Origin: Promethearchaeota archaeon
Lineage (GTDB): Archaea > Asgardarchaeota > Lokiarchaeia > Sigyniarchaeales > SOKP01
Assembly: GCA_048939015.1 (NCBI GenBank)
Contig: JBHLPW010000031.1
Location: forward strand, 1-56,285
Direction: 5' to 3'
DNA: 56,285 nucleotides
Shown: positions 48,784-56,285 of the stretch, in pieces
Numbering within the stretch: position 1 is the first letter of the stretch
How the letters are laid out: every line of letters starts with the position of its first letter
Program-made: the position numbers and the translations under genes
Notes under the pieces: generated by a model
What the model saw: only the letters and a program-made list of their open reading frames with translations
The model's database searches: none
Told to the model about the DNA's origin: nothing

Positions 48784-51700
48784 ATGACTAGTCTCGAAAT
48801 AAATATTTTCTCTCCTTCTGAAAGTGAAAATTTGAAGAGTCTACTAAAAAATCCTGATGAAGATTTTCAAAAGATCGTATCCCTTATGGAAAGGAAAATT
48901 GAAGAAAACAATAACCAATATAGAGAGATAGACGAGAATTATCGTTATTTTATTGAAAATTCTTTAGAAGGTGTATGGGTAATAGATGAAGATGCTAATA
49001 CTGTATTAGTTAATGCAAGTATGGCGAAATTATTAGGGTATACAAATGATGAAATGATTGGAAAATCTTTATTTACATTCATGGATGAAAAAACAGCTGA
49101 TCTAACTAGGTTCCATTTAGAAAAACGAAAGAAAGGGATTTCTGAGGAACGTGATGCCTTGTTTATCCATAAAAGTGGTAATAATGTTTATTTACGATTA
49201 AGAGCTACACCTATTTTTAATGATGAGGGGAATTATAAAGGGACTTATGCTTTTTTAACAGATATAACCGAACATATGAAGGCAGAACAGAAACTAAAAG
49301 AATCTGAAGAAAAGTTCAAAACTATTACAGAACAATCACTAATGGGAATCTGTATCGCCCAAGATAATAAAATCAAATATATTAATCAGATCTATGCTGA
49401 TATTTTTGGATATTCCATAGAAGAAATGATGAAATGGAATTTGAAAGATGTTGTTAGAGCTATATATCCAGAGGATAGAACTTATATCTTAAATCAATTA
49501 GATAAAAAACAGCAGGGTGAAAAAGATATTCCTGAACATTATCAATACAGAGGAATTAAAAAATCTGGAGAGATAATTTGGGTAGAGAATTTCTCAAAAT
49601 CATTCAAATATGGTGGAAGACCCGCTGATTTAGTTACATTAATAGATATTACTGAAAGAACAAAAGCTGAACAAAAACTTAAAGAATCAGAAGAACAATT
49701 TAGGACAATCGCGGAACAATCATTTATGGGTATTATCATAATGCAGGATGGAGTATTTAAATATTATAACGAGCAAGCAAGAAATTTAAATGGATATTCA
49801 GATGAAGAGATTCAGAATTGGGAACCCTATGAATTCTCTAAAGTAATTCACCCAGATGATAAAGATTTTGTAATTGAACAAGCACGTAAAAAACAATCAG
49901 GTGATCCGGATGTAGTTACCCATTACCAATATAGATTAATTAAAAAAGATGGAGATATACGATGGGTTGAGAATTTCTCAAAAACTATTAATTATAAAGG
50001 AAAAACAGCAGATTTTGTAATGACTATTGATATTACCGATAAAATTGAAGCAGAGAATAAAATAAGGGAATCTGAAGAAAGGTATCGAAATCTATTTGAG
50101 AATTCTCCAAATGCGATTGCATTAATAGATTTGACTGGAAAAATTATAGATTGCAACTTACCAACTGAGAAAATTTTTGGATATTCTGTAGAGGATTTAG
50201 TTGGTCAAAATTACTTAGAATTACCCTTTTATTCGAAAAGCACGATAAATAAGTTAATGGAGAGATTTCAAGTAATAATAAAAGGAATTGAAATAGAACC
50301 ACAAGAATTGGATGTAGAAAAAAAAGATGGGAGCATTGCATGGATTAAAACTGCAATATCTTATTTTAAAATAGGAGAACAAAATTTCTTTCAAGCTATA
50401 ATTCAAGATATAACCGAACAGAAAAAAGCTGAACAACAATTAAGAGAATCTGAAGATAAATTTAGAACTATAACAGAACAATCCGTAGTAGGAATAGCCA
50501 TTCTTCAAGACAATCAAATAAAATACGTAAATCAGCGAATACTTGATTACTTTGGATATACCAAAGAAGAGGTTGAAGAATGGCCTCCAGGATATTTCAT
50601 TAATGTAATTCATCCAGATTCTAGAGAGATAGCTATAGAGATTGCTAGAATAAATCAATCAGGTGAATCAAAAAGCCCTATAAATAAGGAACTTAAGACG
50701 GTTAAAAAAAATGGTAAAATACAGTGGACTGAGTTTTACACACGCTCAATGATTTTTAATGGAAAACCAGCAGGGATGAATATTAGTATTGATATTACGG
50801 AAAGGAAGAAAGCAGAACAAAAGTTAAAGGAATCAGAAGAAAAATTTAGAAATATCGCAGAACAGTCATTTATGGGGATAATCATCATACAAGATGGGTT
50901 ATTTAAATATTTTAATGATAGGATTTCTGAGATGAATGGATATTCGACAGAAGAGATGAAAGAATGGGGTCCTTATGAATTTTTAAAAGCAATCTATCCT
51001 GAAGATCGAGAGTTCGTGAGGGAACAAGCTCGTAAAAAGCAAATAGGCGATCCAGACGTGACCCATCAGTATCGATATAGAACAATAATGAAAAATGGGG
51101 AAATTAGATGGACACAAATTTTCTCGAAAACTATAACTTATGAAGGTCGTTTTGCAGATTTAGCAATGGTAATTGACATTACCGATAAAATAGAAGCAGA
51201 GAATAAAATTAAAGAATCTGAAGAACAATTCAGAACACTTACAGAACAATCATTTTTAGGTATTGCTATAATTCAAAATAATCTTGTTAAATATGTCAAC
51301 AAGCAACTTGCTGATATTTTTAGATACCCAATAGAAGAGATTATTAATTGGGGTGAAGGAGGTTTTCTTAATGTTATCTATCCTGAAGATAGACAAATAG
51401 TTGCTGAACAGGCCAGGAAAAAACAGTTAGGTGAATCAGATGTTCTTAATCAATATGAATTTAGAGGTATAAAAAAGAATGGAGAAATGATTTGGCTGGA
51501 ACTTTTCTCAAAAAGTATTAATTATCGGGGAGAACTGGCTGATTTTGTTACTATTCATGATATAACTGATAAAAAAATATCTCAACAAAGATTAAAAGAA
51601 TCGGAAGAAAAATTCAGAAAAATCACAGAAGAATCTCTCTTGGCTATATGTATCATACAAGATGATACTATTAAATATATAAATCAGGAAATGGCAAATT

Positions 51701-52683
51701 TATATGGATATTCAACAGAAGAAATGTTAAATTGGGGACCACGTGAATTATTAAAAACTATAGCAGAAGAATCATTAGATACTGTGAGAGAGCAATTAAT
51801 AAAAAAGCAGACTGGTGATCCAGATGTTATCATTCATTACCCTATTCAGTGTATAAAAAAAAATGGGGATTTATTTTGGGTTGATAATCTCTCAAAAACC
51901 ATGATGTATGAAGGTCGACCAGCAGATTTAATTACACAAATTGATATTACAGAAAGAATTAAAGCACAACAGGAATTAGTTAAATTAAATCAGTTGAAAT
52001 CTGAATTACTTAGGAGAACTTCACATGAGTTAAAAACTCCCTTAGTATCAATTAAAGGATTTTCAGAACTCTTACTTGAAGTGCATAGAGATAAACTTGA
52101 TGCTTTAGTGATATCCACAATAAATGAAATTAAACAAGGTTGTTTGCGTCTTGAGTCTCTTATTGGAGATATTCTAAAAACTGCTGAATTAGAATCAGGT
52201 ACAATTGAATTATATAAATCAAAAGAAGATCTCACCTTTTTGGTTAATTTATGTGTCAATGAGATTAAGGGATTCTCAAGACTAAGAAATCATACCATAA
52301 AAGTAGAAATACACGATACTTTAATAACTCAGTTTGAGAAGGAACAGATTCACCAAGTAATTAGTAATTTATTAAATAACGCAGTCAAGTATACACCTCC
52401 AAGTGGTTTAATAGAGATTAAATCTGAGATTACAGATAAGTTCATAATCCTTTCTATAAAAGATAATGGAATTGGCTTTACAGAGGAAGAAAAAGTCAGA
52501 ATTTTTACACAATTTGGAAAAATTGAAAGATATGGTCAGGGATTAGATATTATTGCCGAAGGTTCTGGATTTGGATTATATATATCTAAAAAGATTATTG
52601 AATTACACGGTGGAGATATTTGGGTTGAATCTGGAGGTAGAAATAAAGGTTCCACCTTTTATTTTTCATTACCTTTAATCTAA
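48784..52683 (+). CDS. Multi-PAS sensor histidine kinase
   Basis: About 8 PAS units, TSHELKTPL, HATPase motifs. Confidence 0.93.
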   Translation: MTSLEINIFSPSESENLKSLLKNPDEDFQKIVSLMERKIEENNNQYREIDENYRYFIENSLEGVWVIDEDANTVLVNASMAKLLGYTNDEMIGKSLFTFMDEKTADLTRFHLEKRKKGISEERDALFIHKSGNNVYLRLRATPIFNDEGNYKGTYAFLTDITEHMKAEQKLKESEEKFKTITEQSLMGICIAQDNKIKYINQIYADIFGYSIEEMMKWNLKDVVRAIYPEDRTYILNQLDKKQQGEKDIPEHYQYRGIKKSGEIIWVENFSKSFKYGGRPADLVTLIDITERTKAEQKLKESEEQFRTIAEQSFMGIIIMQDGVFKYYNEQARNLNGYSDEEIQNWEPYEFSKVIHPDDKDFVIEQARKKQSGDPDVVTHYQYRLIKKDGDIRWVENFSKTINYKGKTADFVMTIDITDKIEAENKIRESEERYRNLFENSPNAIALIDLTGKIIDCNLPTEKIFGYSVEDLVGQNYLELPFYSKSTINKLMERFQVIIKGIEIEPQELDVEKKDGSIAWIKTAISYFKIGEQNFFQAIIQDITEQKKAEQQLRESEDKFRTITEQSVVGIAILQDNQIKYVNQRILDYFGYTKEEVEEWPPGYFINVIHPDSREIAIEIARINQSGESKSPINKELKTVKKNGKIQWTEFYTRSMIFNGKPAGMNISIDITERKKAEQKLKESEEKFRNIAEQSFMGIIIIQDGLFKYFNDRISEMNGYSTEEMKEWGPYEFLKAIYPEDREFVREQARKKQIGDPDVTHQYRYRTIMKNGEIRWTQIFSKTITYEGRFADLAMVIDITDKIEAENKIKESEEQFRTLTEQSFLGIAIIQNNLVKYVNKQLADIFRYPIEEIINWGEGGFLNVIYPEDRQIVAEQARKKQLGESDVLNQYEFRGIKKNGEMIWLELFSKSINYRGELADFVTIHDITDKKISQQRLKESEEKFRKITEESLLAICIIQDDTIKYINQEMANLYGYSTEEMLNWGPRELLKTIAEESLDTVREQLIKKQTGDPDVIIHYPIQCIKKNGDLFWVDNLSKTMMYEGRPADLITQIDITERIKAQQELVKLNQLKSELLRRTSHELKTPLVSIKGFSELLLEVHRDKLDALVISTINEIKQGCLRLESLIGDILKTAELESGTIELYKSKEDLTFLVNLCVNEIKGFSRLRNHTIKVEIHDTLITQFEKEQIHQVISNLLNNAVKYTPPSGLIEIKSEITDKFIILSIKDNGIGFTEEEKVRIFTQFGKIERYGQGLDIIAEGSGFGLYISKKIIELHGGDIWVESGGRNKGSTFYFSLPLI

Positions 52684-52697
52684 TATTCTTTTATACC

Positions 52698-53138
52698 TTA
52701 TAAGAGATTTTCCTTCTTTTTGTAAAATTGGAATATAAAAACTACAGTAAGATGGAAAATGAGTAAAATTGGAATTGAAATCATTATAGGAATATAATTT
52801 TCTCCGTCTTGATTAAGTATCAGTACTCCTGGAATGGAAATTAATAATGGAATTAATTCGCTTATAATTCCCATAATTATTGTTTTTTTTAAAGTTGCTT
52901 TATCCATGATATATTTTAACAAGTAATAGATTACGATAAACCTGAAAAAATAATACGGAAAATATTCCAGCACTGTAAACCATCTTATTATAGAAAAATC
53001 CCAATATTCCCAAAGAATTGCCATTAGACCGTTCGGTCCAGGCCCTAAATCTATGTGGAAACCATAAGGTGTAAGTAGAACAATAACGAGAGAAACAAGT
53101 CCAATTAAATAGATTTTAAATCGATTATTAGACAACAT
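52698..53138 (-). CDS. Hypothetical membrane protein
   Basis: About 4 hydrophobic segments. Confidence 0.7.
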   Translation of the reverse strand: MLSNNRFKIYLIGLVSLVIVLLTPYGFHIDLGPGPNGLMAILWEYWDFSIIRWFTVLEYFPYYFFRFIVIYYLLKYIMDKATLKKTIIMGIISELIPLLISIPGVLILNQDGENYIPIMISIPILLIFHLTVVFIFQFYKKKENLL

Positions 53139-53255
53139 ATTTTAATCTATAATAATAATTAATGATGACAAGGATCTTACTATTTAAGTATATTATGCTC
53201 TAATTTGTCATTAACTTCAATATTAATTCTACTTCATTATGACAATCACTTTATT

Positions 53256-53879
53256 CTACCAAGAATTGAAATGAAGTCGTTCATTGATTTTAATTGGATC
53301 AGGTGGAAATGACTTCGCATTAGGTTTAGGGTATCCTATGGCTAAGATACAAGGAAACTCATAATTTTCCGGTATTTTTAAAATACTTTTAATTTTTTCT
53401 GGATATTTAGGAATGTAAGGAACCCCAAAAATCCCTTCTTCGACAGCGGATAAAAGTATATTTTCTATACACATCCAAATTGAAGCAAAGTAGTTTAAAT
53501 GCATACGTTCTTTAGGTTCCAGCAATGGAAATGGTTGGTGGTAAATGGGGATTACAACTGCTCCAGCAGTCAGAATCATTTTTGCTTGTTTTGGGATAGA
53601 ATATTTATACATTTCCCTTTGATATTTATCTTTAAAACCTAAATCATCAAGTATTTGTTCTGGATCTCTCAATTTAATTAATCGTTCTCCATCATCTCCA
53701 ACCAGTTTCATTCGTGATTCCTGTTCCTTAACGATTATAAATTCCCATTTTCTCATATGACTATTACTAGGAGCTTGCATCCCATCCATAAGAATTTTTG
53801 TTAGAGTCTCCTCCTTAATAGGTTCCTCAGTAAAGTCTCGAATTGTTCTCCGTTTGTATATTACTTCCTTTAATTTCAT
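53256..53879 (-). CDS. Nitroreductase family protein
   Basis: RRTIRDF, APS...WEFIIV, ENILLSA..EG, LAIGYP. Confidence 0.9.
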   Translation of the reverse strand: MKLKEVIYKRRTIRDFTEEPIKEETLTKILMDGMQAPSNSHMRKWEFIIVKEQESRMKLVGDDGERLIKLRDPEQILDDLGFKDKYQREMYKYSIPKQAKMILTAGAVVIPIYHQPFPLLEPKERMHLNYFASIWMCIENILLSAVEEGIFGVPYIPKYPEKIKSILKIPENYEFPCILAIGYPKPNAKSFPPDPIKINERLHFNSW

Positions 53880-54066
53880 TTTTTAATAGTTTTATAATTA
53901 TTTTTATTAGCATGATAAAAAGTATGTCATAACTTAAAAATCGATAAATAGGAAGTTTTCTCATCCCAAAAAAGTCAAAATTTATTATCTTTGCTTTCTT
54001 TTTTTTTAACAGTTCTTTAGAAATAAAGAATTTTATGCAAAACTATAAAATTTTAGTTGAAAAATT

Positions 54067-54327
54067 TTGGTAAAAGGAACAGTAAAATGGTTTAATAGCC
54101 GTAAGGGCTATGGATTTATAAATTCGGAAGAAGGTGCTGATGTTTTTGTTCATTATACTGCATTATCAGGTAGAGATGATGAATACAAAACATTAAATGA
54201 AAATGATAAGGTAGAATTTGAAATCGTTGATGGCCAAAAGGGGCCTCAAGCTAGCAATGTAGTAGTAACCGAAAAAGCTCCTCCTAATCCATATAATCGA
54301 GGCAGAGGAAGAAATTTCCGCTTTTAA
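54067..54327 (+). CDS. cspA: Cold-shock domain protein with RG-rich tail
   Basis: GTVKWFN, KGYGFI (RNP1), DVFVHY (RNP2), KGPQASNV. Confidence 0.93.
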   Translation: MVKGTVKWFNSRKGYGFINSEEGADVFVHYTALSGRDDEYKTLNENDKVEFEIVDGQKGPQASNVVVTEKAPPNPYNRGRGRNFRF

Positions 54328-54502
54328 GTAATAAGTTTTTGTAAATCAATAAAAAGTAATATAATATAAGAAGTAAATAATAATTAGTAAAAATCTGTTT
54401 TTGCGATTGTTATCGAATCTTATCTTTTTTTTTATTTTTTCTAATAATTATGAAGTATGAGTAATATTATAGGAAAAAAGGAATAATCCTTAATCTCATG
54501 GT

Positions 54503-55951
54503 TTATTTCCAAATATTAATCCCTTGTGTTTTTAGATTATCTAAGATGCTATTTGTTTTTTCTCCTTTCTCAATAGCCAACGGTGTGTTTACAATATATA
54601 AATCTGTAAGAGAATGAAGATCTAATAATGAAGCAGAGATTTTTTTTATTGGATTATTGTTTAACCATAAAACTTTTAATACTTCAAGAAAACTTATATT
54701 TTCATGAAGAACCGTAATTTTATTATTACTTAGATCTAAAGTTTCGAGATTTGACATTTTGGAGGAAAAGATAGGAAATTTTTCAAGTTGATTGAAACTT
54801 AATCCTAAAACTCTTAATGACACCATTTTATCTACATTAGGTGGGAGAATTTTTAATTGGTTGCCCCACATAGATAGGATTTCCAAATTTTTTAATTTTA
54901 ATATTGATTCAGGTAATTTTTGAAGTAAATTATGATTTAAAAGCAATTCTTTTAGATTTTTTAGATTTCCAATCTCTTCAGGAAGTTGAATTAGGTGATT
55001 ATCACTTAAATCTAATTTTTTCAGAGAAATTAGAGTTCCTATTGATGAAGGAAGATAATTTAAATTATTTTCAGTTAAATAGAGTTGTTTCAAATGTTCA
55101 AAATCTCCTATTGAGGGGGGTAGTCTTTTTAATCCACATCGATTAAATCCTAAAGTAATTACTTTATTGCTTTGAGAAAGGAATCCCATTTGGGTTTGTT
55201 TATTAATTAAATCAATAGATTTTAAACGACTAGTCAAAAATATCTTAGAGTTGATCAGATTAACATGAATTATTTCTAACAAGGCTTCTAATTCAGATTG
55301 GTCAAGATTATTCTTGTATTTTTTAACAAACTTATGTTTTAGTTGTTCGAAAAGTATTTCCATCAATAACTCAATTTCTTCTTTATTAAAATATTCAAGG
55401 TAATTTTCTTGTATTAGATAATGAGCAACATTTGTATAGAGATTGGTAAGTCTTTCAGCAATTTCATCTTTAAACACTTTTTTTGCAGTTGGATCTCCGA
55501 CATCAGTCAACTTTTTGAGAAGTGGAAAAGCTAAATTACTATGAAGTAAACTAGTATCATATAGATTTTCAGACCATGCTTGAAGATTAGAAGCATGTCC
55601 CCAGAATTCAACTTCAGGAATTAATTTATTATATTTCATCTCATATTCTAAAGAATGATCGAGTCTTTCACTTACATCATCAATGGACATCAAATCCTCG
55701 AAATCATTGACATTTTCTTTGGGAATTTCGATTAATAAGTATTTACATTGGAGAAATTTCTCATTCTTAACATAAATTACAGTTTTACCATGTTCAAGTT
55801 TTAGTGTAATGAAATCGTTAATCTTGTACTGAGAAATTTCTTTTTTAGTTGGTTTAATATCTTCAATTGAGAATTTGATTTTAGTTCCACATTTACGACA
55901 ATAATTATACGTAGGTTTATTACGAGTTCCACATTTGGGGCAAAATAGCAT
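54503..55951 (-). CDS. Zinc-ribbon plus leucine-rich repeat protein
   Basis: CPKC...CRKC, central FWGHASNLQAW domain, C-terminal LxxLxLxxNxL repeats. Confidence 0.9.
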   Translation of the reverse strand: MLFCPKCGTRNKPTYNYCRKCGTKIKFSIEDIKPTKKEISQYKINDFITLKLEHGKTVIYVKNEKFLQCKYLLIEIPKENVNDFEDLMSIDDVSERLDHSLEYEMKYNKLIPEVEFWGHASNLQAWSENLYDTSLLHSNLAFPLLKKLTDVGDPTAKKVFKDEIAERLTNLYTNVAHYLIQENYLEYFNKEEIELLMEILFEQLKHKFVKKYKNNLDQSELEALLEIIHVNLINSKIFLTSRLKSIDLINKQTQMGFLSQSNKVITLGFNRCGLKRLPPSIGDFEHLKQLYLTENNLNYLPSSIGTLISLKKLDLSDNHLIQLPEEIGNLKNLKELLLNHNLLQKLPESILKLKNLEILSMWGNQLKILPPNVDKMVSLRVLGLSFNQLEKFPIFSSKMSNLETLDLSNNKITVLHENISFLEVLKVLWLNNNPIKKISASLLDLHSLTDLYIVNTPLAIEKGEKTNSILDNLKTQGINIWK

Positions 55952-56054
55952 TTTAATTTAATGACAATTGAAATTAGTATAATTCCTTTAAGTAATATTA
56001 GGTCTAGCTTTTTTATACTTATTTTCTTTATATATTATTATATGGGTGAATTTA

Positions 56055-56285
56055 ATGATTGAAGCATATGAAAAAGGTAAGAAAAAGGATAAAGTTATAG
56101 GCCTTATTGACGGGAAAAAATACTTGAGTAAGAAAAAAAAATTATGGGGTTACTTAGATGGAAATGCTGCCAAAGACAAAAGCGGTTATCCATTATTATA
56201 CATTAAAGATGATGGTAAAATAACATTAAACGAAGATTGGAATTTTGAGGAACAAGGATATTTAAAAGAGAATAAGATTTTTTAT
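56055..56285 (+). CDS. Hypothetical protein, truncated by the window end
   Basis: SD GGTGA then ATG. Open for 77 codons (MIEAYEKGKKKDKVIGLIDGKK...). Confidence 0.7.
   Translation, partial: MIEAYEKGKKKDKVIGLIDGKKYLSKKKKLWGYLDGNAAKDKSGYPLLYIKDDGKITLNEDWNFEEQGYLKENKIFY

Noticed and set aside
56045-56063. 19-nt identity (GGTGAATTTAATGATTGAA) with the leuS leader start
   Set aside because: It consists of SD, spacer and the first codons. It supports the leader's initiation context but is not evidence of a repeat element.

Overview
AT-rich archaeal chromosomal segment whose gene content (Rab-like small GTPases, longin/roadblock-like domains, TPR proteins, multi-PAS histidine kinases, archaeal-type LeuRS, zinc-ribbon-LRR protein, GGAGGTGA-type SD sites) points to an Asgard archaeon, most likely Lokiarchaeia (inference). 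The first ~22 kb is a duplicated signalling cluster with 2 wHTH-TPR regulators plus a decayed third copy, 3 TPR-longin-like proteins, 2 Rab-like GTPases, oligoendopeptidase F, a SET protein and a B12-radical SAM enzyme. It also holds several small SD-led peptide genes missing from the ORF track. Three of these share the motif G-x-[FY]-x-L-[NH]-P-x-K-[FY]-x-F-G-[ML]-[KR]-D-L. Three peptide promoters carry an AACTT-N6-AAGTT palindrome at a fixed distance from the TATA box. Together this suggests an undescribed peptide-linked TPR-receptor/small-GTPase system. Separately, leuS is preceded by a 16-aa Leu-rich leader ORF overlapping alternative RNA hairpins and a U-rich tract, which resembles a leucine attenuator. 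The remainder is metabolic genes, four PAS kinases with no response regulator in the window, and a giant repeat-containing surface protein with a cytoplasmic longin-like domain. No rRNA, tRNA, CRISPR array or transposase was recognised. All domain calls come from reading motifs by eye; no searches were run.
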